Origin: a virus
Taxonomy: Duplodnaviria > Caudoviricetes
Length of the DNA: 64,000 nt
Direction: 5' to 3' (one strand)
Virus record (IMG/VR): IMGVR_UViG_3300027255_000165
Of this stretch, positions 39,625 to 48,424 are shown one piece after another. Under the pieces are notes generated by a model. The model did not search any database. It worked only from the letters and a program-made list of their open reading frames with translations, and was not told where the DNA came from. How positions within the stretch are numbered: position 1 is the first letter of the stretch; each line of letters starts with the position of its first letter. Both the position numbers and the translations under genes were made by a program.

Positions 39625-41193
39625 TTAATTAGAATAAGGTTTATATATGGTTTCTAGCCACGCTTGTAACTCTTTTGAGTCTTCCAGTTTGAATTCAGAC
39701 ATCACTTCTTTAACAAACGCTTTGAAGTTTTTGGCAGTTTTAGCCATGATGTCAATCTCACCCATTGAACCTTCATTCAAAGATTCAAATGCTCCAGCCA
39801 ATTCAGCGTCTTTATCTTTGCCCATTACAAACTCTTCAATCTCTTTCTCTAGTGCTTTCTTTCTAGAAGTAAGAGCCTTTAGGGCATTAAGCAATTCTAC
39901 TTTTTTATCGCCTTCGGCGGCTTTCCACTGGCCAACGACGCTTTGCATATTAGAAGTAACTTCTGTGTAGTCTTTCTGAATCTTGTTGATTGAACGCGCT
40001 TCGTCCAATTCAATGTATTCAACAGATTCGCTAACTTCAACAGGCGCAAGAATTGTAGCATCTCTAGCCTCATCGTATTCCATTTTGTACTTTTGGCCGT
40101 TGATCACGGTCTTATAATCTTTGTGAGTTTTATCCCACTCTTTCTTAGAGATCATCTTAGCGTTTGACTTAGCTTCATTAACTTTCTTCTTTAGATACTT
40201 ATTAGGTTCTCTAAGAATGAATTCTTGTGATTCACCGTCAACTCTAGCAATTACATCGCCATTTGATTTGATATCGGTAATTTCAACAGTCTTGTTTCCA
40301 TCGACGTGTTTCCATTCCCATTTGTCGCCGGCTTTGAATTTAGCTTCATTAACCACTGATTCAGCTAACATCATTTCAAGCTTGTTTCTCTTAGCAATAA
40401 GCTTTTGAATCTCATCTTCAATCTTGTTTAGCTTATCGCCATATTCATCGGCAATTGGACCACCTTCAACTTCAGCCTCTTCTTCCATGTCAATTAACAT
40501 TTGACCTCTATCAGAATAAAGATCTTTTAATTCTTGGCTAATGTACCATAGATCATCTTCAGCTTTTAGTCTCTGCTTACCATAAAGAGGTTTGCGCTTT
40601 GGTTTTGCCAATTCAGCTTCGCGCTTCATTTTAGCAGCTCTAAATGCGATTAGAACAGGATCGTTCATACCAGCTTCATTAACCTTGCCTTCAAAGAATT
40701 CTTCGTAATCAAAGTCCTGGGCCATAAGCACCAATGCCTTTGCAACTTTGTCAACCATTCTAGGTGGAACTTCTTTATAAGCCATTACAGTTTCCTTAGC
40801 ATCTTCAATCGACATAGATTGAAGCTCAAACGGCTCGTAATTGTTTAGAAGATCACCGAAAATATCATCCGCCATGTCTTCTTCTTTTTTACCTTCGGTA
40901 ACTACAGATTCTTTGACACCGTGTTTTTTCAACCACGTAGTCCAATCGCGATCATTCCAACGCAATCTATCCTTTGCTCCCAAATCCCAATAAGAATTGA
41001 AAACCTCAAATGAAAGATCCTGATCCCACCCGTGTGTAGATGACATGTGATCCGCAAAATCGGTCTCATCCATAAATTCCATTGAATTGGTTAAAACATC
41101 AATGATGTCGGCTAAACCAACCTTTTCATTAAGGACTGACTTATTATCAACCCATTCATTTAGACTAAATACTTTTTTCATGCTAGATTGCAT
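39625..41193 (-). CDS. putative internal head protein with repeated (V/L)xE motifs
   Basis: Repeated SVLNE, SVVTE, KVNE, SVVNE, SLNE; GATATATA upstream. Confidence 0.5.
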   Translation of the reverse strand: MQSSMKKVFSLNEWVDNKSVLNEKVGLADIIDVLTNSMEFMDETDFADHMSSTHGWDQDLSFEVFNSYWDLGAKDRLRWNDRDWTTWLKKHGVKESVVTEGKKEEDMADDIFGDLLNNYEPFELQSMSIEDAKETVMAYKEVPPRMVDKVAKALVLMAQDFDYEEFFEGKVNEAGMNDPVLIAFRAAKMKREAELAKPKRKPLYGKQRLKAEDDLWYISQELKDLYSDRGQMLIDMEEEAEVEGGPIADEYGDKLNKIEDEIQKLIAKRNKLEMMLAESVVNEAKFKAGDKWEWKHVDGNKTVEITDIKSNGDVIARVDGESQEFILREPNKYLKKKVNEAKSNAKMISKKEWDKTHKDYKTVINGQKYKMEYDEARDATILAPVEVSESVEYIELDEARSINKIQKDYTEVTSNMQSVVGQWKAAEGDKKVELLNALKALTSRKKALEKEIEEFVMGKDKDAELAGAFESLNEGSMGEIDIMAKTAKNFKAFVKEVMSEFKLEDSKELQAWLETIYKPYSN

Positions 41194-41209
41194 ATTTTTT
41201 GCTATTGAG

Positions 41210-41217
41210 TATATATC
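41210..41217 (-). promoter_or_regulatory. putative late promoter GATATATA
   Basis: Just downstream of a terminator, upstream of the 522-aa gene. Confidence 0.6.
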
Positions 41218-41221
41218 AAAC

Positions 41222-41249
41222 TAAAAAAGGGTTCCCATAGGGAACCCTT
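41222..41249 (-). terminator. intrinsic terminator ending the accessory gene run
   Basis: AAGGGTTCCC-TAT-GGGAACCCTT followed by a T-run on the minus strand. Confidence 0.8.
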
Positions 41250-41270
41250 ATGACCATCGCAAGGTATTAG

Positions 41271-41519
41271 TTATTGGGCAGGAGCACCTGTTACGCCACC
41301 GGTTGCCGGTTTATCTTCTACTACGTAACGCTTAAGGGTTTCTAATTTACCCTCAGCTGTTGATAACTTATCGATCAACTTATCCATTTCTTCTAGGATT
41401 TGTGGGTGTTCTCCAATGCCTGCTGAATTGAGGAGATAGACTTCTAGCGTGGCCAATGCGTCAAGCTTATCAGCTTCGTATCGAGCTATCAAAGCTTTGA
41501 TTTTCATAGTTGAACTCAT
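41271..41519 (-). CDS. conserved hypothetical phage protein
   Basis: LEVYLLNSAGIGEHPQILEEMDK, a family seen in T4-like marine phages. Confidence 0.6.
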   Translation of the reverse strand: MSSTMKIKALIARYEADKLDALATLEVYLLNSAGIGEHPQILEEMDKLIDKLSTAEGKLETLKRYVVEDKPATGGVTGAPAQ

Positions 41520-41522
41520 ATA

Positions 41523-41750
41523 TTATTTCTTAACACTGATATAGATGTTCATCAAGAATGTAATCACAAGAGTTTGATACAATGTGATGTGAGGCCATCC
41601 TGCGAAGATATTTACCATCTGCACCAACAAGTATGTCATACCCAATAGGATTAGTAGATACTGTGGATTTCGAAGAATGGTTCCAATTTCATTGATGATT
41701 TGAACTGCGCCTTTACCAAGCGACTTAAGGGTAGATAGTAGTTTATCCAT
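41523..41750 (-). CDS. small membrane protein
   Basis: Two hydrophobic segments. Confidence 0.55.
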   Translation of the reverse strand: MDKLLSTLKSLGKGAVQIINEIGTILRNPQYLLILLGMTYLLVQMVNIFAGWPHITLYQTLVITFLMNIYISVKK

Positions 41751-41776
41751 CTTTTTTTGTTTAAAGGTTATGGGGT

Positions 41777-42700
41777 TTATACCAATTCGGTTTGAAATTG
41801 TTTCACATACTGGAGTAAAGCCTTTTCTTTAGCTTTAGCTTCTAGTTCGATATCAAGATCGAGACCGTAATCATTAATGCGATCGTAAACATAATCAGCA
41901 TGTGCACGAATATTAGTTGAAGATTGATCTTCGTAGATCTTTTTACAAGACGAATAATGACATAGTTGCTTAATACCTTTAGGCCACGTGGTAGAAGCAA
42001 GCTTAAGGGCTTGTTCTTCGGGCATTGGGTCACTGTAACACCAGTGGTGATGATAGTCAAACGTAACCGGTGTGGCACCTGTCATTTGATGAATGTCAAC
42101 GAGATCCTGTACAGAATACTGTGCCGCTTTATCGTCGTTCTCAATTACTAATCGCGTTGAAGCACTTTCGGGTAGACGCTTGAAGTTATCGGCGAATCGG
42201 CATTTGGTGGCTTCCTTATCACCATAAGTACCACCGATGTGAATGTTAATGGCAGAAAACGGAGAGCGAGGTAAACACATTAGATCCATGATTTCTCCGT
42301 GCTGGCGCAAATCTTTAATAGCCTTAATAACGATAGCTTCGTTGGCAGATGCAATAACATTGAAAGGTCCAGGGTGGAAGGTTAAACGTTGACCTGATTG
42401 ACGGGCGATTTGACCAGCTTCCTGTAGTAATTCGCAAATCTTATCGTAATTAGGAAGATCTGTCAGTTCATACTCTGACATCCACGGAAACATATCGCTT
42501 GACATACGATACAGTTTGATACCTTTGATCTTATTCCATATTAGAATTTCAATCATATCGTTAAGGTTAGCCTCGGCCAATTCAGCAGCACCTGCAATGC
42601 CCTTTTGATCGAATGTCTTCTTAATCATCTTGCGACCAACGTACACGTTACGTTGTTCCTTCATGGTCATGTTAATGCAGCAATACCCGTAATCAGTCAT
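41777..42700 (-). CDS. uvsE: UV damage endonuclease
   Basis: GYCC, LYRMSSDMFP, RLTFHPGPF, INIHIGG, LVIENDD, FDYHHH, HADY, ELEAKAKE. Confidence 0.93.
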   Translation of the reverse strand: MTDYGYCCINMTMKEQRNVYVGRKMIKKTFDQKGIAGAAELAEANLNDMIEILIWNKIKGIKLYRMSSDMFPWMSEYELTDLPNYDKICELLQEAGQIARQSGQRLTFHPGPFNVIASANEAIVIKAIKDLRQHGEIMDLMCLPRSPFSAINIHIGGTYGDKEATKCRFADNFKRLPESASTRLVIENDDKAAQYSVQDLVDIHQMTGATPVTFDYHHHWCYSDPMPEEQALKLASTTWPKGIKQLCHYSSCKKIYEDQSSTNIRAHADYVYDRINDYGLDLDIELEAKAKEKALLQYVKQFQTELV

Positions 42701-42929
42701 TATATTTTATATCGTTTAATTTTGTAATGTTTATCATTCTACGTTCTACGTTAGCAGCTTCTTCGAGTGTGAAGACGTCTGTGTCTAAGAACATCATACC
42801 ATCCTTACATGATACATACACTTCGTCATCGATCACGTTGACCCCATCCACCGTGTGAATGGTTGAGTCATCGCTATAAACAATGTGAGACGTGTTTACA
42901 ATTCGATCGCAACGTTCAAGGATCGTCAT
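42693..42929 (-). CDS. hypothetical protein
   Basis: 78 aa coupled ORF. Confidence 0.5.
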   Translation of the reverse strand: MTILERCDRIVNTSHIVYSDDSTIHTVDGVNVIDDEVYVSCKDGMMFLDTDVFTLEEAANVERRMINITKLNDIKYND

Positions 42930-43339
42930 TAGTTCCAGTCTTTTTCGTAAGTATACCAGTGATCAGCTCCAGCACAATCTCGCAAAGCATCTTTAACGAG
43001 GTGAGTCATAGTTGCGCCTGTGAACATTTCAATTTGAGCGTTGATCCACATTTCAGAAAGTTCTTTGCTATTTTCAAATATATTCATTGCATAGACACCC
43101 AGTGCGTTGTAGATGCGATATGAAATAGTAGAATCATCCTTACACCTGTGACCGTATAGATAATCATTGCTTTGGTCTTGATTGGCCATTTCATAGACTA
43201 AATCTTCAAATGAGGTTGTCTTACGATAAACAGATACGTAAGTTTGAATTGCATTTTTGTTTTCTGTGCTAATGACAGATGAGCCATAGCCTGAACCGTT
43301 GCATTTGACTTCTGAGAGATTGAATGTAGGATTATTCAT
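42929..43339 (-). CDS. hypothetical protein
   Basis: 136 aa; N12-spacer promoter motif upstream. Confidence 0.6.
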   Translation of the reverse strand: MNNPTFNLSEVKCNGSGYGSSVISTENKNAIQTYVSVYRKTTSFEDLVYEMANQDQSNDYLYGHRCKDDSTISYRIYNALGVYAMNIFENSKELSEMWINAQIEMFTGATMTHLVKDALRDCAGADHWYTYEKDWN

Positions 43340-43366
43340 ATTTGTTAATTGGTTAACTTTACCTAG

Positions 43367-43398
43367 TAAATATAACTATAAAATCTGAGACTAAAAAA
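43367..43398 (-). promoter_or_regulatory. putative early promoter (N12 family)
   Basis: tagTCTC-N12-TATATTTA. Confidence 0.6.
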
Positions 43399-43615
43399 TC
43401 GGATTGTAACTTTTTTCAGTAATTTTTATCTTGAGTTTTTTTGAATAGTAGTCGATAAAACTTTCTCCAACACCAACCTCATCGATCAACCACTCATTTG
43501 GAATGATAGGCTTTCTCTTTTTAGAGTTAATAATGTCGTCAACGTTCACATCATCAAAAACCGCGATTTCAGGTTTAGCGTTTAGCCTTTTGCGATATAC
43601 AACTACAACTTTCAT
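43391..43615 (-). CDS. hypothetical protein
   Basis: 74 aa coupled ORF. Confidence 0.55.
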   Translation of the reverse strand: MKVVVVYRKRLNAKPEIAVFDDVNVDDIINSKKRKPIIPNEWLIDEVGVGESFIDYYSKKLKIKITEKSYNPIF

Positions 43616-44067
43616 TCTTCAATAGAATCAAAGAAATTCAACACTGCATCCCAGTTTGGAAACTCAGGCGTACCGAACTGAAGCAATTTACCTTTGAATT
43701 CTCCGGCACCATTCTTGGTACGATCGTCAATTAAGAAGTCACCCATTAGAAGATCCTTACGGTGAGAAAGAATTAATCGCTTGTGAGCAAACTTTCCAAG
43801 ATTACGTTGAACCCAGATACGCTTGTCCATCCATGCTTGAGAATTACTCCAGGGCGCAGTGGATAGAAAGAAGATTTCGTGCTTTTCAGCAAGCTTCTTA
43901 ACCGCTTCAATCGCACCTTTAATGGGAGGTGGATCAAGGAACAATTGCTTGTCTACGCTGGTTAACATTCCAATTTTTGCCAGGCCCTGTTGACCGTGGC
44001 GAGCAACAACGTGGGCCTCTAAATCGACCATCACGCCATCAAGATCTATGAAAATAGTTTTACTCAT
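43612..44067 (-). CDS. 5'(3')-deoxyribonucleotidase (HAD, NT5C-like)
   Basis: FIDLDGVM, FLSTAPW, KDLLMGDFLIDDR. Confidence 0.88.
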   Translation of the reverse strand: MSKTIFIDLDGVMVDLEAHVVARHGQQGLAKIGMLTSVDKQLFLDPPPIKGAIEAVKKLAEKHEIFFLSTAPWSNSQAWMDKRIWVQRNLGKFAHKRLILSHRKDLLMGDFLIDDRTKNGAGEFKGKLLQFGTPEFPNWDAVLNFFDSIEE

Positions 44068-44079
44068 TATGATTAAGGA

Positions 44080-44280
44080 TTATTTAGCTAATATAACAAA
44101 TTCCAGTGAATCTAGGAAATGTTTTTCAACTTTTTTTACAGCGCCTCCAACAATTTTTCTGGAGACATTAATTGGAACGACCCATACACTTGAATCGTTA
44201 GAGTGGATTGGAGTCCAGTGTTCTCCAGACCACTCATAAACTTTAAAGCATTGTGCTTTGTGAACTTTCTTTCGACCCAT
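44080..44280 (-). CDS. hypothetical protein
   Basis: 66 aa coupled ORF. Confidence 0.5.
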   Translation of the reverse strand: MGRKKVHKAQCFKVYEWSGEHWTPIHSNDSSVWVVPINVSRKIVGGAVKKVEKHFLDSLEFVILAK

Positions 44281-44282
44281 GA

Positions 44283-44756
44283 TTAGATCTCCTTAGTAAG
44301 TTCTTTAATACCATTAAGAGCCATATCCAACGTCAAGTTACCCTGATGATACTGTCGAATCTCATCATGAATGGCAGTCAACACACTGCGCTTTTCAAGC
44401 CATTCTGCATTCTTCTTTACAGTGTTACGATAATTCAGTACGGCTCGAGCAGCACAAGAAATGCGCTCATCATGTGACATCAACATAATACGCTCTTTAC
44501 ATTTGTATGTGCGCGATATACCAGTCGACCATGTATAAGTTTGATCAACCATACGAGTTGGATTCAACTGATAAATGGTCTCATCAGACAGTTTACCGTT
44601 TCTAAGACGTTTACGACCAAAGCTTCGACGAACATAACCATTTTCATAGAGGTTATAGTAAGTCTTAGTTTGTGGATCAAAATAACTGATAGTACCGTTA
44701 TCAGCTTGTCGTTGTGAAGTTACTTCAACGCACTTAAGTGTTTCTAGTTTGTTCAT
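44283..44756 (-). CDS. hypothetical protein
   Basis: 157 aa ORF. Confidence 0.6.
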   Translation of the reverse strand: MNKLETLKCVEVTSQRQADNGTISYFDPQTKTYYNLYENGYVRRSFGRKRLRNGKLSDETIYQLNPTRMVDQTYTWSTGISRTYKCKERIMLMSHDERISCAARAVLNYRNTVKKNAEWLEKRSVLTAIHDEIRQYHQGNLTLDMALNGIKELTKEI

Positions 44757-44758
44757 GA

Positions 44759-45136
44759 TTAAATATAGTAAGATTCTTCGCGATTAAAATTATTGATACG
44801 ATCTAAGTCAAGACCGGAGTTTCGCCAGCAGAAGCGTTCCATTGGCATACGATGACGTCGTCCATGATCTTTACCATATAGGTTATAAGGTTCTTCAACT
44901 GTCACCGAAGTTTCAGAGATCTGGATAATCTTACCAGTGTAATAAAGATTATAAGAGTCATAAACTACCGTATCGCCCATGTTAAAGGTGGAAGTTTGCT
45001 TGCCATCTTCGAAGATGGTGATACTCTTGTTACGATCTACTGCTACACTATACTTAGTGGGTTGAGCAGGATAAACTTTACCAAATCGCTTGAAAGACTT
45101 GGTGAAGACCGGTTGGATTTTGATTAACTCAATCAT
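44759..45136 (-). CDS. hypothetical protein
   Basis: 125 aa; promoter motif upstream. Confidence 0.6.
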   Translation of the reverse strand: MIELIKIQPVFTKSFKRFGKVYPAQPTKYSVAVDRNKSITIFEDGKQTSTFNMGDTVVYDSYNLYYTGKIIQISETSVTVEEPYNLYGKDHGRRHRMPMERFCWRNSGLDLDRINNFNREESYYI

Positions 45137-45164
45137 TGTTGTTATTAGTTATCTGATTACTTAG

Positions 45165-45196
45165 TAAATATAACAAATAAATTTGACCCGAGGAAA
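45165..45196 (-). promoter_or_regulatory. putative early promoter (N12 family)
   Basis: cgGGTC-N12-TATATTTA. Confidence 0.65.
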
Positions 45197-45466
45197 TTAT
45201 TCTGCACTTTTTTTGAAAAAACTTTCATGAAAGGTTGAAAACCGCTCTTTGGCCGAGAGAAAATCATTAGTTGTTTCATCACTGATGTTTCCTTCTTCCT
45301 CTTCAACTATGATTTCAAAGGTGGCAGACATTATAAAGTCAGCCTCATCAATGTCAATCGATTCTATGATTTGTGTGTATTCTTCATAGGGATAGCCAAG
45401 TCTATCAGCTATAATATCGTCAAAGAGATAGATGAGGGCATTCAACCCATTTTTAGACTTTTTCAT
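45197..45466 (-). CDS. hypothetical acidic protein
   Basis: ORF track 45197..45508; start moved to MKKSK to limit overlap. Confidence 0.5.
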   Translation of the reverse strand: MKKSKNGLNALIYLFDDIIADRLGYPYEEYTQIIESIDIDEADFIMSATFEIIVEEEEGNISDETTNDFLSAKERFSTFHESFFKKSAE

Positions 45467-45620
45467 TCTGACACGGTTTGCACATTGGTACATAGTAGTG
45501 ATCGTCATTCTGTTCTGCTGGAACCCATTTAAAGCTCTTGGTTAAAACCCAATCGAACTCCTTTTTACTGAATTCTTCTACACATTTATGACATAGGGTC
45601 TTTCTAACAATCTTCGCCAT
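45453..45620 (-). CDS. small Zn-finger protein (CxxC...CxxC)
   Basis: MAKIVRKTLCHKC...PMCKPC; internal ATG of ORF 45453..45704. Confidence 0.5.
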   Translation of the reverse strand: MAKIVRKTLCHKCVEEFSKKEFDWVLTKSFKWVPAEQNDDHYYVPMCKPCQNEKV

Positions 45621-45756
45621 TTTTCTTATGCTTTTGTTTGCGTGAGTATTTAGACATATCACCGTGATCTTTCTGAACCATCTTTCGACGAATGATCTGA
45701 GCAACGTGACGAGCCTTTAAACCGTTAAGTTTACTATGTTCTTCTTCGTTTTTCAT
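45604..45756 (-). CDS. small basic protein with an ArfA-like Y-x-R-K-x-K-H motif
   Basis: Manual translation (50 aa): MKNEEEHSKLNGLKARHVAQIIRRKMVQKDHGDMSKYSRKQKHKKNGEDC; TAATG coupling to upstream gene. Confidence 0.55.
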   Translation of the reverse strand: MKNEEEHSKLNGLKARHVAQIIRRKMVQKDHGDMSKYSRKQKHKKNGEDC

Positions 45757-46106
45757 TATACTAATTCTGCTTTCTTGGTTTTAATATGCTTACAATCTCC
45801 GCGTTGAAAATTAGAGGCCGGGCAAGTACACGACCATTCATTATCGTTAACCGCTACGTCATATACTACACCCGGCTTAGAACCATTAACTTTCCATTCT
45901 TTAGATTCAACGCTCTTAATAGGAATTGCATTACGATCTGAATGTCTAACCCATCCAGTTGTGTCAATTTTAATTTGATCCATTGACGTACCATAAGGAA
46001 CAGGATGCCAGCCTGGACAAACGAAAGTACCACTGATGGTTTCTATTACAGTGAACACTCCACCGTAAGTGTCGTGAGCAGGGAAGGTGTAGGATTGTTT
46101 TTCCAT
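45756..46106 (-). CDS. SWIM zinc-finger protein
   Basis: WSCTCPA...CKHI. Confidence 0.75.
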   Translation of the reverse strand: MEKQSYTFPAHDTYGGVFTVIETISGTFVCPGWHPVPYGTSMDQIKIDTTGWVRHSDRNAIPIKSVESKEWKVNGSKPGVVYDVAVNDNEWSCTCPASNFQRGDCKHIKTKKAELV

Positions 46107-46110
46107 ATAG

Positions 46111-46148
46111 TAAATATAACAAATATCCGCGACCTGGAAAAACTTTTT
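46111..46148 (-). promoter_or_regulatory. putative early promoter (N12 family)
   Basis: aaaagtttttccaGGTC-N12-TATATTTA. Confidence 0.7.
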
Positions 46149-46157
46149 GAAAACTTT

Positions 46158-46742
46158 TTACAAATGTTCTTTTAACCACAGGAGTGGCCATTCAGATGCC
46201 ATAGATCCATATACCTCACTTCTTTCTGGATGCCATTGAACAAGCAAGATCTTAGGACCGTATATAGCTTCAACAATCCCATCCCACGACCACATGATAG
46301 GACGTAAAGGTCTCGGTATTTTTAGGCAGTGTTGGTGGTGGCGAGAGTTGACTCGAAAGTGGTTGTGATCTTCGTCCCAAACCTCATGGTAGATACTCTT
46401 CTTTCGAGCTACGTTGTTTTCCATGATGAAGTCTCGTGAAGAGCTATGATTATCTTCAACCAATAGATCCTCAACGTCACCGCCGAAGTAAGCATTAACA
46501 ATCTGCATTCCTCTACATACTCCAAGAATTGGCCATCCATTCTCGAGAGCTTTATGGATTAGAGAGTACTCAAACACATCTCTTTCTGGATTCTTACCAA
46601 TATCAGCGCCGCCGGCCAAGATCAAAGGACCGTTAAGATCTTCTACGTTACGGAGTATTGTAATACTATGATCAGTCTTCGATAACCACGTGACGTAATA
46701 ACCTAATTCAGCTTCTGATTTTGGAGGTGCTAAATAAACCAC
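46158..46742 (-). CDS. class I glutamine amidotransferase (peptidase C26-like)
   Basis: LAGGADI, ILGVCRGMQ, VNSRHHQ, VQWHPE triad motifs. Confidence 0.88.
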   Translation of the reverse strand: MVYLAPPKSEAELGYYVTWLSKTDHSITILRNVEDLNGPLILAGGADIGKNPERDVFEYSLIHKALENGWPILGVCRGMQIVNAYFGGDVEDLLVEDNHSSSRDFIMENNVARKKSIYHEVWDEDHNHFRVNSRHHQHCLKIPRPLRPIMWSWDGIVEAIYGPKILLVQWHPERSEVYGSMASEWPLLWLKEHL

Positions 46743-47050
46743 TGCATCAAGTGTTTATAGACGAACATTGTACCTGTCCAAGTTCCAAGAGAAGCTCCAA
46801 TCACAAAGGCAATGTTTCCCTGTAGATTACCATGAGCCGCGCGCTGAATGTTAACCACTACGAATGACCAATACATTAACGCCGCGGCCAAGACCATAAC
46901 TCCACCGTCATTAGCGATAAAGACACTTACCACAGCTCCAAGAAAAGATTGGAAATAAGCCATCAACCCAGCTAACAATGTCTTTGACGGCGTTGTAGCG
47001 AGCAGATACTTATTAAACCACCTCTTTAGTTTCTTTGCTGATTTTGTCAT
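46730..47050 (-). CDS. membrane protein
   Basis: Three hydrophobic helices. Confidence 0.55.
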   Translation of the reverse strand: MTKSAKKLKRWFNKYLLATTPSKTLLAGLMAYFQSFLGAVVSVFIANDGGVMVLAAALMYWSFVVVNIQRAAHGNLQGNIAFVIGASLGTWTGTMFVYKHLMQWFI

Positions 47051-48351
47051 TAGAAGTTTCGAGCTTCTTCGTAAACTGCCTTAACGACAGGGAAGCGAAG
47101 ACTAAATTCTCCGTGTTGATTTTGTGTTTCTTCGAAGTATTGAACGGTGATAGTCTTACCGACGATCAATTCAGGGTGAGCGTAATAGTGTCGACGTTCT
47201 TCAAGCGAGAAGCCACTTCCAACCTTAACTTGACAACCGCGATGTTCAATGAAAACGTGACTCATAACCTCTTCCTCAACTTCCTGGCCGCCAACGATTA
47301 CTCGGTGAATCTTGTTCTCAACTCCGGTTACTATATACTCTTGGTCTGAAAATGATTTAACCTTTAGGATGTCTTGACTGCGCTTACCTTTATAGGTGTC
47401 GTTTTTGCGCAACATTAATCCTTCCCATCCGTTGTTCTTTGCTATTTCGTTCATCGTTTCAAATCCTTCATCGTCATAGATTTGAATTTGCGCAAGGTGT
47501 TCAACGATATCGCTGTCAATGAAGTCAAACATTTCAAGTGTATCTGCATCTCGCATCCAGAAGGTGCGGTCGCCGGTTCCATTATGAAACTCATCATGTG
47601 TAAGAGTGTCAAATACAAAATACTTAGGAGTACTAATAGTATGGTTCTTGCGTTTAATCTGTTTGATAATACCCTGAAAGTCTTCATTACCTTCTTCGTC
47701 GACAAGACAAACTTCACCATCAAGAACCCTATTCCAGAGCATTGGATTCTGTTTGATTTCAATAGCCAATCGACCTAGGGTTTCAAACTCATTTCCTGCA
47801 CGTGAATAGAACTTTGCATCTCCATTGCGGTCAACAATTCCAATACAACGAACCCCGTCAAGTTTACGACTAACGTACCAAGTATCTTCCCAATCCACCT
47901 TCTTCGCGGTCTTCTCATTATAAGCTTCCGCTAATGCAACTGAGAAAGTAGGAATCAAACCAGGTACAATCTTGTTAATCATTTGCGTCGTTGAACGAGT
48001 CTTAAGGTTTCGGTCGATGATGGACCAGATGATGTCTTCAAATTGAGGATACTTCCTAACAAATGCATTAACCCTTGCAATAGCATTGTGCCCAGAAATA
48101 ACACGATCATTAAGATCGTCAAGAAGGTCAAAAAGATTGTAGTAAGTGTCTGCAGAAACCAGGTCGCTGCGCTTTTTACAGTTTTTAGAAGTAACATAGT
48201 ACTGTTTAAATGGATCATAAGTGTAACGAAGGACTCGCATCACTTCAGTGTCATTCTTATACGCTTCAATAGCGTTAAGTTTATCAACGTTAGAGTTAGA
48301 CGAGTTCGACAACTCGATGAAAGACTGAAGGTTTTGAAATGTTTCGATCAT
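47050..48351 (-). CDS. ATP-dependent DNA ligase
   Basis: RKLDGVRC (motif I), LDGE, GWEGLMLR, ILKVK, VGSGF, LRFPV. Confidence 0.93.
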   Translation of the reverse strand: MIETFQNLQSFIELSNSSNSNVDKLNAIEAYKNDTEVMRVLRYTYDPFKQYYVTSKNCKKRSDLVSADTYYNLFDLLDDLNDRVISGHNAIARVNAFVRKYPQFEDIIWSIIDRNLKTRSTTQMINKIVPGLIPTFSVALAEAYNEKTAKKVDWEDTWYVSRKLDGVRCIGIVDRNGDAKFYSRAGNEFETLGRLAIEIKQNPMLWNRVLDGEVCLVDEEGNEDFQGIIKQIKRKNHTISTPKYFVFDTLTHDEFHNGTGDRTFWMRDADTLEMFDFIDSDIVEHLAQIQIYDDEGFETMNEIAKNNGWEGLMLRKNDTYKGKRSQDILKVKSFSDQEYIVTGVENKIHRVIVGGQEVEEEVMSHVFIEHRGCQVKVGSGFSLEERRHYYAHPELIVGKTITVQYFEETQNQHGEFSLRFPVVKAVYEEARNF

Positions 48352-48381
48352 AATATCTGATTAAGTTAATCTGTTATAGGG

Positions 48382-48417
48382 TAAATATAATCAATTCCCA
48401 CGACCTAGAAAAACTTT
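48382..48417 (-). promoter_or_regulatory. putative early promoter (N12 family)
   Basis: aaagtttttctaGGTC-N12-TATATTTA. Confidence 0.7.
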
Positions 48418-48424
48418 ATGAAAA

